DNA of 45,546 bases, counting the filler, from Jimgerdemannia flammicorona (lineage: Eukaryota): assembly GCA_003990765.1 (NCBI GenBank). It is 2 parts of 2 records of this genome, joined end to end, with 100 filler letters (N's around TTAATTAATTAA, not from the genome) between each part and the next. Parts side by side here need not be neighbours in the genome. Positions count along the whole stretch, not along the records: positions 1 to 22,723 come from RBNJ01001216.1; 1 more part is not named here. One strand, 5' to 3'. Under the pieces are notes generated by a model. It did not search any database and was not told the origin of the DNA. It saw only the letters and a program-made list of their open reading frames with translations. Position numbers and translations under genes: made by a program. Positions 1-11,696 of the stretch are shown here, one piece after another (position 1 is the first letter of the stretch; every line of letters starts with the position of its first letter).

Positions 1-220
1 GTCCTCCTCCAGAGCCCTCTCCGCCTTTCGACCCTCCAAAGGCCCCCATCCCCAGGCCAAAACCCCTCCCCACCTCCTGCCAGCTGAAAGCCCCAGCTCC
101 CCCCGACCCAGTATGCCCATCGGAACTCTTGCTTGAAGACATGTTGATAGTACCTTCTCTCCTAGTAGTGTCGAAAACTGTTGCTTGAAGTCTTGTGTAA
201 TGTGAATTATACCGGAGGAG
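1..220 (-). mobile_element. 5' end (5'UTR and ORF1 N-terminus) of an L1/Tx1-like LINE, running off the left edge
   Basis: Minus-strand ATG at 142 gives MSSSKSSDGHTGSGGAGAFSWQEVGRG, which aligns with ORF1 of the LINE at 28390 (MVSNEHTGG..GGSHAFDWQQVGRK). Both share CATGTTGATAGTA around the start codon and TCTTGTGT further into the UTR. Confidence 0.8.
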
Positions 221-2581
221 TAGATACTTCTCTTATCAAAGTTATATCAGGACTGACTATGTTTGTATAAATAAGTTTACTGTGAAGTTGTATTGAAAGA
301 CAGGATTTGTAACAAGATAGCAGACTTTCTGTAAAATAACTTAGATTCTCTTCAGGCTTATCTGGCAAATAAACCAAAAACATAGTGGACTTTTCTTGAA
401 AAGCAGACTCATTCTTTATATCAGAAATTGGATCAGAGGGGAAAGTAAGCTCACAATCTCCTAGCAGTAGCTTTAGAGTTTTTCTTAAAGTATAATAAGT
501 AGACTTGTCTCTTACTTTTAAACTTTTTAGACTGAGGTTTATTCACTCTTATCTCTGGGATATTTTATATAAGTTGATTGCTATCTGATTACTATATAGC
601 TAGGTATAGAATTCTATTTATAGCAGATATATATATAGAGTCTATATGGTATACATAGTCTATATAATATACAAAGTCTATAAAGTATACAGGGTCTGTA
701 TGGTAAATATACTCTTTTTGGTATCTCTGACTATTTCGACAAGTTGTATGATAAAGCTATCTTCAGTATCCTTAGAAATATTTGATTATCTTTTGTACTA
801 TATACCCAGAACTGCCTAGTGTACTTACTATAATATATAGTTATTTTATAATATTAGGAATATAATTTCTACTGCTAATTATACAATATAAATGACTACT
901 CTAAGATCTGAATATGTATCACTTACTACTTAGTTGAAAATTTCCTTAGCTGGTTCTCTGAGTTAAACTTTGAAGATAGTAGCTTTTCTCTAGATAGAGA
1001 GATTCTTTAAGGCTGCTATTTCTTTGATTCTATAAAGGAATTCTCTTGGGTCTTCTTCTGGTATTCTGCAAAGGTTGCCATTAAGATGGTCATTTTGTTA
1101 TCTTGAGTGAGATGTAAGAGATCTGGGTCTCCTTGAAGAAGCTATTACTGATCCTTCTGATTCTGTGGTTACTGGTCCCAGTAGTGGTTCAATGAGAGAG
1201 ACAGGTAGAGCTTCTGAGAGAAACCAGGATTATACAATATAGTTTTCTAATTCTTGTTTAAGCTTGTTAAAATTTCTGATAGAGCTGTCAATATTGTCTG
1301 ATTGATCTAGATCAGGTCTTCTGGCAATAAGTCTGTAGATACTGGCTGAGGATTCTGTACTATACTGGCTTTTGGTTAGAATTCTTCTAATACTAGATAA
1401 TTGGAAAATTTTGAGAGAATATCTTCTCTTTCTGTTCAAATACTAGTGATGACTCATTCTTCTGTAATGGCAGAGATTAGTATTATATCAAATTTATCCA
1501 GTTTGTCTATTAGATTCTTATGAGCTGAAAAGTCATATAGACTTTAAGAAAATCTTCCCAGTTGAGTACTCAAATGTAATATGTTGGCTCAATAAAGACA
1601 AATTATAAGATTAAAACTACTATATAGATTAGCTTGAGCCCATAGTTACTTTGTCAAAATTAATAAAATATTCTATAGTTTCTGATTTCTTATTTGTGTT
1701 TAATAGTATAATAGACAAATATGAATATTGAGTAGTTATCAGGTTTCTTATTGAGATATATTCTTGAGTATAAAAAGTGATTTTATATAAGATAGTGTAT
1801 TTATTTATCTATAGTATGAGCAGCTTCCTTATATAATTTCTATATGATAATATCTGTGAGTAGATTTTCTTATATATCTGATTTCTGCTAATGATCTCTG
1901 CAAATGGATTTTCTTATATATATAATGTCTGTATAATGATCTCTGATATAATATAGATAATTGATTATATTTCTTAATAAGCAGTAGATTGGTAAATTTG
2001 ATAGTCTTTCCAAAATAGTATAGATTTCTCTTGAACTGATGTATTAACTAAGATAATCTGAGATAATGCAGATTCTTTCTAACTATCAGACTTCTTGAAT
2101 AAAGTGAATAACTTGAGTAGTATAAATTCTTCCTTTATTAGCAGTCTACTTGAAAATAACTTAGATGGTATAGATTCTTTCTAAATTAGTAGACATCTAG
2201 CTTTATCTGACAAGTTTATCAAAATATAGCAGATTTCTTAAAGTTATATTAAAGACTGCTTTATTTGCGTAAATAGATTACTGTAAAGATTTATCAGATA
2301 GAGTAGCTTTATAGTAAGATGAAAGACTTTTTAAAAATAACTAGAATAATATAGATTTTTCCTAAATTGGCAGACTTCTCTTCTTTATATTGGAAAGTAG
2401 TCCAGAGCAGAAAATGACTCACAACTTCTTAATAGTAGATTGTTGGTAGGTTTTTTCTTCAAAGTATATCAGACAATTGACTTTTACTTTGATTTTTAAA
2501 CTGAGGTATATTTATTCTTATTTTTATATATATAGTTGTGATTGCTATCTGATTGCTATATAACTAACTATAGAATGCACA
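221..2581 (-). mobile_element. Highly degenerate LTR-retrotransposon relics (related LTR-like segments and a gag-like remnant)
   Basis: ~238-612 resembles ~2239-2576 (shared AAAGTTATAT, CTGAGGT, TGATTGCTATCTGATT..TATAGAAT). A TG...CA-bounded candidate LTR spans ~1575-2581. A gag-like 'PEEDPREF' reads on the minus strand near 1040-1065. The block is almost CpG-free and TpA-rich. Confidence 0.5.
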
Positions 2582-3154
2582 ATATGCTATTGTGGGAAGA
2601 AGAGTGACCAGGTGTGTCCACTGGATATAGGTATGTCTGATAGATACAGATGTGTCCTTAGGACACAGATCAATAAACTCAATTTGATATCTTGCTAATT
2701 ATAAGTAATAGTATATATGGGTAACTAGGTATAGATAACTATACTATACTGAGTATTCACATCATTTGGCTATACTGTATTATTCACTTATTATAATATA
2801 TATTCTCAAAGCTTTGATGGCATATCTTTTGTTCTATCTTTTATTTGCTGATATTATACCACACAAGCTTATACAGATGAAATTGTTATGATGTACTTTC
2901 AAAATCCAATTCCATAAGTTGGAGATACTTTGGAAGAATACAATTATATCTATAGACAAGTAAAAATGATTTCATTAGCAAATATTTTAATTGAGGTTTC
3001 TGATCTTCAGCAACCTGTCATCAGACCAAAATATCAAATAAAAACATCACACTGCATATTTTCATTTTATATAACCTAGGCAAGCATACCAAAGTACAGA
3101 TATGTTAGCATTTAATTTATCAAGTTGATCAAACAAAAAATTAAAACTACTTAC

Positions 3155-4870
3155 ATAAGGATTTCGATGGTGGTCGCAGCAGTAACCAGAGCTTCAACAT
3201 CTTCGGAATCGGCGTTTTGACAATGCATAATACTACAATTTCATTTACTCATTAGTAAGCAAAAGGAGTTAAAGGTCTAAAAACCTACCTGATTTACCGC
3301 AAACAGACACCAGATAGTGCGTGCGTCACCAATTTCGAAATTTATGAAGAGAATCCCTTGAAAAATCCCAGATTCGATATTAAAATAATTAAAACAACAT
3401 TGAGAACGATAAAAGATAAATATGAAAAAGGTAAGTTGAATATTTAAGACCAAAAAAGTGATGCGAACGTCAGCTCCCTAGTCTCGTCGTTAAACCTCAC
3501 GTTGACTTCGTTGAAACTACTCTCGATGAACGTATGAACATGCTGAACAGCATTGGTCACGTTCCATTCCGGGGAGTGAATCTCGCACACCCATCGCACT
3601 TTCGTAACATTATATTTCCCATGACAGAACACGGGCTGCAGATTTCCTAGTCGGTTGGCATTCTCCAAGCCCTGAAGATAAACTATAAAAAAAAATTTGA
3701 ATGAAATAATGAGCATACAAAGACATCAGGGCAGGTACACCTGGTATGATTCGTGGCATGCTTATCAGTAACCTCGAGGTTGTCTTCAAGTATCGTAAAC
3801 GTTATCTCAATCTGGGCGAAGAAGTCAAGTTCGGGTTCCATAAAGAATGCCGATTCTACGGCTTTGAATGCTGTTGAAGCAGCGTCACCACTAGCATATA
3901 GGACCTCTGATGCCGCTTTCTTAACTGCAGAAATGCATTCCAATAGGCGTCCTTCCAAGCGAGCGCCAGTATTAGATACGGCATCATCTATATTTCGAGA
4001 GAAATGTTATATGGTTGTAGAGGGAGCTCTGACCTCTATGCTCACTCAGATTACACACCATTTGCATGTATGGTCCATATTTAGTTACAAACTCAAATAA
4101 ATCAAAATAAAATAAAGATATAGTAAACAAAAAAATAAGAAATTCTATCGTAATAGTTGGAGTTAAAGGTATATCAATATCAAAATAATATACCTCACGT
4201 TGTCGGACGACAGGATGGCCGTCATGATATGCCAGATGGAAATATTTCATCTGACTGTTTTCGATTTCTTCGTGCTCGCAGAGAAATAATAGAGGGAACC
4301 TTTTGGTGAATAGGCTGTCAATAGATGTCGCCAACCAAATACTATCCTCAGGAAAGATGAAGAAGAGTCGCGGTACTGTATCCTCCAGGAGTTCAAGCAT
4401 GCGCTTGGGCAGACTGTCAATCCCCCTTTAAAGTTCCTCGAGTCTGTTGAGGATGCTTCTCTTTTCAACATTTATATCTTCTCTAACATGCTTTATGTCC
4501 TTAATGGTCTACATACCAATATATATATATATATATATCAGAGGCATCGCATAAAATCGTATCGAGATAAAAGTAAAACAGATAATAAATATTAATTGCT
4601 ACAAACCAACACGAAATTAGAAGGCGGTGCTAAAGTGATGAAGCATATGCCAGAAAGAAAATATTTTCTTTTAATGAATGTAACATTAGTCCATGTTTTT
4701 TTGAATGGTGGCATGACTAAAGTCATTATTCATCTACCTTGGAGTAACTTCTTTAAGATATCGAAAAGTTTCCACACCCTTTCAAGACGTTCAGCTAAGT
4801 TTTTGCAAAGTCTATCTTTTTCCTTCTCATCTGTCGTCGTTTCGATGTCAACAGAATAGAATGCGAGATC
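3155..4870 (-). pseudogene. Multi-exon pseudogene of the 'PRLF...FLCE...KYGPY...LGNL...WVC..H' family (Mortierella-type LRR/NLR-like proteins)
   Basis: Exon translations: VPRLFFIFPED..FTKRFPLLFLCEH..FHLAYHDGH (4194-4509), FVTKYGPY (from 4091) and RLGNLQ..KVRWVCEIH (~3580-3670). Intron-like AT-rich spacers with GT donors separate them. There is an in-frame TAA at 4428-4430 and a frame break near 3960-3990. Confidence 0.65.
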
Positions 4871-5273
4871 GTCACATTAAGTTGTACCGCACTATGCCGC
4901 CAGCATCGATGATTTTGGCCATGTCATACCAAATTTAAAAATACTATTTGGGCTGGATATCGGGGTTGCCATAACGCGACAACTGCATCAACAAAATTAA
5001 TTCCGCGGCTCGGCGACGTTTAAACATTAACCAGTGCAGCAGTGGTTTCTGAGAGCTTCATAATATCCGCAATGAAGCTCGAGACTTACCGTTGTGATTT
5101 AGCGCAATATTGAGAATCAAGTCAGTACTGTTTGTAGGATTCTTTTCTCTCATAAACATAGATATATAATTAGGATGCCACAGGGAGAAAAAGGCATACC
5201 CTCTGTGTGCTGCGTCTCTCGATTTGAGCCCAGATTCCCACCCTTCTGCGGGCTATTTCTAAAATTATAAATG

Positions 5274-5340
5274 AAGGGTTTCAAGAAGTGTCTCGGGAAG
5301 GGTTCCCGGAAGTGTTTCGGGAAAGGTTTCGGGAAGGGTC
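5274..5340 (+). repeat. Degenerate 12-bp minisatellite (GAAGGGTTTCGG-like), about 5-6 units
   Basis: gaagggtttcaa gaagtgtctcgg gaagggttcccg gaagtgtttcgg gaaaggtttcgg gaagggtc. Confidence 0.7.
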
Positions 5341-5726
5341 TGTGCGGAGACCGAATGATCGGACATTTGTCAGCTGTGCCATCATTGTGGCTGTGGCAGT
5401 GATTACTTTGATCGGAATGATCGTGCCGTGCTACAATTTAGCAGATGACTTTTGGACCATTTTGAGAACGGTTGTAAATATTACATGCATTTTGTTTGTC
5501 CAGTCCGCCCAATAGTTGATTCCGTAGATATGGTCTTCCATTTGAGACTCCGGCGTGTTGTGTGTGGCATGCATGTCTGTTACGTTGTTTACTCGTATCA
5601 TCGGCTCCGAGTGCCTTGATTGGGGAAAACCTCACACATGGCGCAGGTGAGATATTATGGTGTTATCGACATTAAAACTGGCTCACGAACAACTACCCAA
5701 CCCTTACCATACCCGGAGACAAAATA

Positions 5727-6617
5727 ATGGGAGACGCTCCCCAATCTATTACGCTGCGAACCCTCGAAGAAGGTCCCCCGTCCTCCCAAGGCGTTACATC
5801 CCCAAGCACCCATGATGTGACCAGCACCTCCACATCCACAACCATTGTCCCAGGACCCCCCGTCACGCCAAGTCTCTGCGCAAAGCGAACCCGCTCACAT
5901 CTTTTCGCCGCATTCCTCACTTTACTCACACCCATTCCCTACGTCCTCATCGGCTACTTCACCTGGCTATCCTTCCCACCGGATCCAGCCTCTGTCATAG
6001 ATCGCCTTTGGATCGGCTACGGATTGGTGACAGCGATCGTCTCGTTCTCACTTACAGCCACCGTAAGTTTCTTGGAGGGGTGCTTCTACTCCTACTTCGT
6101 TCCACACATATCGACCGACGCCATCCGGACACGTCAAAGCGTCCATCTAAGCAGCATCATCGACAACACCGTCCGACTCGCCGCAATCAACCTCCTCTGG
6201 GACGCGCGCAATTTTCACCACGCCTATTCTTTTGGTATCGGCTGGGTAGCATACGGTACCTTTTTTGTTCTCTGGGTGGAACTCTCCTCTATGTATGCCT
6301 GGACCTCCCCCAGCGCGAGCACGCACCGTAAGCGCACTGCGATGTGCGGGATTGAGTTGATGGGTGTTACTATGGCGACGTGGTGGTCACAACAGATCAG
6401 GGTGTTGACAATGCACGCGGGCAATATCGCTTGCTGCCTATTCTTCACCGTGTCGCCATTTTTTTTGCTCTTGGTGATGGTGTATGTTGTGGCGAGTGAA
6501 TTAGATAGTCGAGTGTTTTTAAAACGACCACACGGGTTGGTGTGGTCGGCGACAATTTATATCGTATTGGATGGAGGGTTGTTTGTGGGCGCGTTGGCAT
6601 TGGTTGGGAGGTTGTGA
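5727..6617 (+). CDS. Hypothetical multi-pass membrane protein, 296 aa, single exon
   Basis: Uninterrupted ORF in CpG-rich DNA with a Ser/Thr/Pro-rich N-terminus followed by about 6-7 hydrophobic segments. No family recognised. Confidence 0.75.
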   Translation: MGDAPQSITLRTLEEGPPSSQGVTSPSTHDVTSTSTSTTIVPGPPVTPSLCAKRTRSHLFAAFLTLLTPIPYVLIGYFTWLSFPPDPASVIDRLWIGYGLVTAIVSFSLTATVSFLEGCFYSYFVPHISTDAIRTRQSVHLSSIIDNTVRLAAINLLWDARNFHHAYSFGIGWVAYGTFFVLWVELSSMYAWTSPSASTHRKRTAMCGIELMGVTMATWWSQQIRVLTMHAGNIACCLFFTVSPFFLLLVMVYVVASELDSRVFLKRPHGLVWSATIYIVLDGGLFVGALALVGRL

Positions 6618-7022
6618 CATGGATGTATGTAGAGTGTTTTGGGGAGATTTTGTATAGAAAATTTCGTGAATCAGTCCAGATCGTCTCTCTTTGTATTTTA
6701 TCGATTTCATCTGTTTTCTTGTATTGCATTTGTATGTGCTTTTATTGTTTAGAATTTCTGTTCATTATTATTATTATATGATCGTCTTCATTGCGTTCTT
6801 TCCACACGTAAAATGGTCTATTCTCAACTGAATATACCTAATGCTTAAATTACTAACAACTTTAACTATACCCTAAAACTTTCTGCATCCCATGCTTTCG
6901 CAGAGAGCACGTCCAGTCCCACGGCACCAAAATGACGTGGCTACACGAGGAACTGTCTCCGTTCGTCGGCCGTGCGTCAGCCTCCGTGTTAGTTAGGGTT
7001 CCATAACAGGTGTTTATGATCT

Positions 7023-7226
7023 GGGGTGCATCTCAGATGTCAATGCAATCTCAGATGTCTCTGATGCCCTAGATGTCCTAGATGCCAGATGTCACCTAGA
7101 GTTCGAGTCGAGATGCACAATGTCTGCGATGCGATGCAGATGTCCAAGATGCGATGCAGATGTCCAAGATGCGTTGCAGATATCCGCGATGCGATGCAGA
7201 TGTAGATGCGATGCAGATGTCACCCC
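7023..7226. repeat. GATGC/AGATGT-rich tandem array (core ~20-bp unit GATGCGATGCAGATGTCCAA) with near-inverted ends
   Basis: The repeated units are directly visible. The ends GGGGTGCATCT (7023) and AGATGTCACCCC (7215-7226) are inverted except for one base. Confidence 0.75.
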
Positions 7227-7389
7227 AATGTACCGATGTACCTCTATATGTCACGTAAAACACTGTATTCTAATTATATTTATTGATTTACATTAGAAAG
7301 GATAAAGAAACGTATTATTTTACATTCAGAGTAGAATGATAACAATATTGCCAAATGAATAATACACCAATAGAAAATGAAAACGAAAC

Positions 7390-8930
7390 TTATTCATCAT
7401 TACCAAAGGGAATCTCGTCAGGCAAATCTTCCATATCACTAGAGGATTCACTGGCATCTTCGGAGTTGGAAACTTCATCTGGAAATTCTTTGTGAGAATC
7501 ATTGAGAAGGTGAGACCAGTTGATTTTATCAGAGCAATCAGCCTCTTGCAATGACGAGGCTCGTTCGAGCCCAAAGGTCAATGGATGCAGGAATGTCTTG
7601 GTTGCTTAGGTCTTTGGTGACATATACCTTGTCTTTGTTTTGGGCTGCATAGTGGGTGTACATTTTCTTTTTGGGTCTTCTTTGCATAATATTATCTAAT
7701 TCAGTGCTCTATGTACTATATACTATTCTTTATGCCACAATGTACATTTGCATTTGCTTTCATGTACATTTGCACTTGCTTTTTCTAATTACATCATATG
7801 CACAACATACTCCACCCTAATGGTACTCACTGTCAACTCTGGCCCACTATTCCGGCATGACCCCTCCAATATATCAAAAGGGCAACACAACCTTGGTACC
7901 GCATTCTGCTCATTCTGCTACAATATCCCCTTTATTGAATGCATACTCTGCTTTTTACAAGATGACTCTAATGAAGACGATAATCCTGACATTGGTGTCC
8001 TGATTTTATATCTTGAAAACTTGCTGGAAAAAGCAACTTCAGCTTCCCCCCAATGCTCTTTACGGCTCTTCACTTTTGTAATATCCAACATCCCTATTCT
8101 AGCATAGTCTCTTACTACAGAGCAGTCTATATCAGCAGCTCTGCCATTCCTTACCATCAACTTCAGAGGCCAGTATTATTATACTGCAAGAACATGCTTC
8201 TGCCCAGAACTGCTGCATTGATGAGCTGATCTATCTACTCTATGCTCACTATGCTATAATTATTAAGAACATCTGAAATCTGACTCTAATAATTAATATC
8301 TACCCTTTCAGCAATCTCACCATCCCCATCATGGATAAATCATTCAAAGATCATACTTTTTTATCTCTATCAGTAGCTATTGCCTCTGTGTTATCTCTTC
8401 TAACAGTGATGCCCATCTCTGCCCCCCCTGGCTCTCATAGTCTGCTTGGTAATCTCCAGGGTGAGTATTTTACTCTATCTGCTATCTCCATCACAATCAC
8501 CTCATTTATGGCATCAATCTCTTACTCAAGTATACTCATAACCAATACCTCTTGGTGGTAGTCATTGACAACTCCTTCTCTACTACTTTTCTTAGCTAGT
8601 TTGTAAAGCATAATATCATATCTTCCAGCTTCTCTCTTGAGGCTTAATTCATTGAAATAATCAATAACTCCAGCATAAGAGCTATTCTGCAGAAAGCCCC
8701 ATCTATTATTAAGAATCTCTCAGATATTTCAGCATTTCTCACCACACTTCTTACTTATTTCAGTATTCTTCAGGATACTTATCCTAGGCTCACAAAATCT
8801 ACTTCATTCTTTACCTATACTGCTAAACTCTCCACATTGTCCTTTTGATCAGTACTTCTCAATTATCACATCTCCTTTCATGCTAAGTACTTAGTAAAGA
8901 TTGTGAATAATAGTAACTTCTCAACCTGAT
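7390..8930 (-). mobile_element. Unclassified degenerate repeat or coding relic
   Basis: An acidic C-terminal-like ORF fragment (7390-7581) grades into CpG-depleted, stop-riddled sequence. No diagnostic motif recognised. Confidence 0.3.
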
Positions 8931-9379
8931 ATTACTTATAGGCTTACCACAATAATAATCTTTTCATCTATTCTAATTTCTCTGAATACTGATAACTGCT
9001 TCCAAGCCATCTAGACTTTTTACAGATCTCTATGGCTCTCCTGTTCTACTGAAGATATGACTTTCTATATAGGAGATACTATAGTAAGTCATCTCATATA
9101 ATAGTATTACTAGTAATAAATTTCTCACAAAGGATCTGGGCTGCCAGCAGAAGAACTGTTCCTATGCTCAAATTGTATATAGTATATTAAAAACTATCTA
9201 TAATCTTACTGCTCACATAATCTCCATTTTTGGTCATAGAAATTCATTCCTGCTCTGCTTGTCTGTATTTCTCTATCTGTTCTACTTATCTGCATTCTTC
9301 TATCTACTCTGCTCACCTATATTCCTCTACTTACTCTCAATATATTTCTTCAATAACTAATTATACTACTATCTAATAA

Positions 9380-10480
9380 TACTACTCAAACTATTTTATG
9401 GAGTTTTTCACCATTATTTATTACTCTCTACTCTACTATATAGATATTTAATCTCCAACATTATCTCAACCAGTCTGTCTCTCAATCTGTTATTACTACT
9501 ATTACTTAAGATATACTTCTTAGCTTATAACCACTATTCTGCTCTAGACCACCCAGATTTCATTATCTCAGATATTGCATAGGAACTTATAATAGATCAG
9601 ATCTCTAGTTTATTTTTAGTCTCACTGTTTGCCAATATCTACTTATCCCCCCTCAGTACTGTAGTAAAGAAAAACTCTACTACTCTCTAGTGATATATCC
9701 ATAACCTATCCTGGTCTTATGGTAATAGATCAGTAAATGCAGACATTGATTAAAATACTTTTATACTATTCTACATTTATTTTAATAATATATTAATTCT
9801 AATCTGCCAGTTCAGCTAAAATTGTCTACTTTTGAAGGTCAAACTTACTGATACCTATCACTATATACTTATCTATTCTATTGCTTGAGAGCTGCTTTAT
9901 TTCAAATAATCAGAGCTATTCTATTTCAATTGCTTTACTCTTTTTAGTGCATTTCTCTCACTCTTTCTTTTCAATTTCTTCACTGAGCTCCTTATATAGA
10001 TAGTACTTAGACATAGTCTCTAGACTCTTATATATTATAAGATAACACTCTGCTAGTCTCTGTATTGATCAACAGAGCAGCATCTGCTGACCTGTCTAAT
10101 TAAGAGTAGAAGATTGAGAGACTGTCAATATCTTTAGTATTTTTAGGCATCAAGCCCAATTCAGCCATAATAGAACTTGGCTCTCTATAGGCAAACTTAA
10201 CACTATCATAATGTTTCTTTATTAGTAATCTATACAGATATCTTATATAAGGCTCCAACCTCAATCTCTTATTAGCTCTTTAGTCTTTGTTAGTAAAATT
10301 GTCTCACTATAACAGCTTTTTCTTTAGTATTTCATCAATCTTCTCTTCAGTAACTCTAACTTCCATATCTCTTTATCTGATATATTTTATACTAATATTT
10401 AGTAGTGGCTTGCTTTTTTACTACTTTGGAATAGTATTTCAATCATTTACTTAATCAAGTAGTCTGGTTTATCTGATGTC
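9380..10480 (+). mobile_element. DIRS/Ngaro-type (tyrosine-recombinase retrotransposon) reverse transcriptase relic
   Basis: Read-through translation gives NHYSALDHPDFI..NIYLSPLSTVVKKNS..IHNLSWSYGNRSVNADID..LKVKLTDTYHYI..FYFNCF..LFLFNFF. This matches the DIRS/Ngaro RT pattern (NHxSA, SPLGxVxKK, IHxLSxP, SVNxGI, KxDLxxAY, PFxFN) once G>A/C>T changes are reverted. It is cut off by the LINE poly(T) at 10481. Confidence 0.7.
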
Positions 10481-11677
10481 TTTTTTTTTTTTTTTTTTAT
10501 AATCACTTAAACTCTCTTATTTATTACTAATCTAATCTATACTTACTAAATATAATAGTGAGGCCTGACCCTCTACTCAACCCTCTTATGAGGTCTACCA
10601 CTAACTTCTTCTCTATAGAATTTAACTATACTCTCAATTATCTGAATTCTCTTCTCAATCTTTATATAGATTTACTCTACTAGTTCTCAGTACAGACCTC
10701 TTCTGGGGCCCCATCCTATCCACTATCCATTCAACAATTAAACCAATAACTACTTCTATCTTATTACTCTTGCACTAAGTCATAGTCTCTGGCCATTCTC
10801 AAAGACAAACAACTAATGTCTAAAAAGACTAACTCATACTATAAGGGCCTATTTTATAGAAAGTTACTCATTATTAATCCCTCTAATCAGTCATAACTAG
10901 AGGGCTCCCCACTACCGTCTATTTACTCTACCTGATAGCTATATCTCCAGCCAGCCCTCAATGGCCAACCAGAAGTCCAACAGTACCTTATACTCCTTTA
11001 GTCAATGTTTCAGAATCTGTATCACTCTACTCTTCTGTCTAATATTAAAGTACTCCTTATATTCAAATGATCTTGCTTCTATCAAATATTCTGATTAAAA
11101 GTTTAGCTCACATTCTATCACTAGAGTCACCACTACACTACTCAGTACTTGGGCAGAAGCTACTTTGATACTTTCTCTCTCTACAACTAGATACTAATTT
11201 AGTTCCAAGCTTTATCAATTCTAACCCCTTGCCAACTATTGGGCTGCAGATCTCTACCAAATCTCCACTAATACTCCACACCATCTGCTAGCTGAAAGTC
11301 AGCCACTGGAGAACTCTCCAATAGAAGATAATCCCACCTTCACATCTCTAGTCTCCAGGCCACCTCTCTCTCATTACTATATTAGAGGATTCCAATCTGA
11401 TGGGCTCTATCTACCACTTCCACCAGAAGCTCTTATACTGTATTTGATAACTACTATCTAGTGTCACCAAGAACAGTAAGTCTTCAGATACTCCTCTGAG
11501 GAAGAATTATACCTCTCAGACCTTTTGTATAAGAGGTACCCAGTTCTGACCCCTCAGCTCACTAGTCTATTTCAACTACCATACTCTCAAGCAATGTAGC
11601 TACTTTATGAAGTGAATAAGTCTAAGCCCCCCCTAATTAACTGGTAGTATCAACATATCTCAGCCTATCTGATTATA

Positions 11678-11696
11678 TATTTTATAGTCACTTGGA
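11678..11696 (-). mobile_element. ~19-nt extreme 5'-truncated LINE 3'-end insertion with ~15-bp TSD
   Basis: Insert TATTTTATAGTCACTTGGA is flanked by GCCTATCTGATTATA (11663-11677) and GCTTATCTGATTACA (11697-11711). It matches the tail-adjacent sequence at 13741-13754 and interrupts colinearity with the young LINE. Confidence 0.65.

Noticed and set aside
7128..7220. Regular repeats that might suggest a CRISPR array
   Set aside because: Head-to-tail tandem units without unique spacers, no cas genes, and a eukaryotic context.
11100..11140. FSSHSITRVTTT, resembling a tyrosine-recombinase HSxRxG box
   Set aside because: The surrounding DNA is colinear with the antisense strand of LINE ORF2 (~23100-23600), so the match is coincidental.
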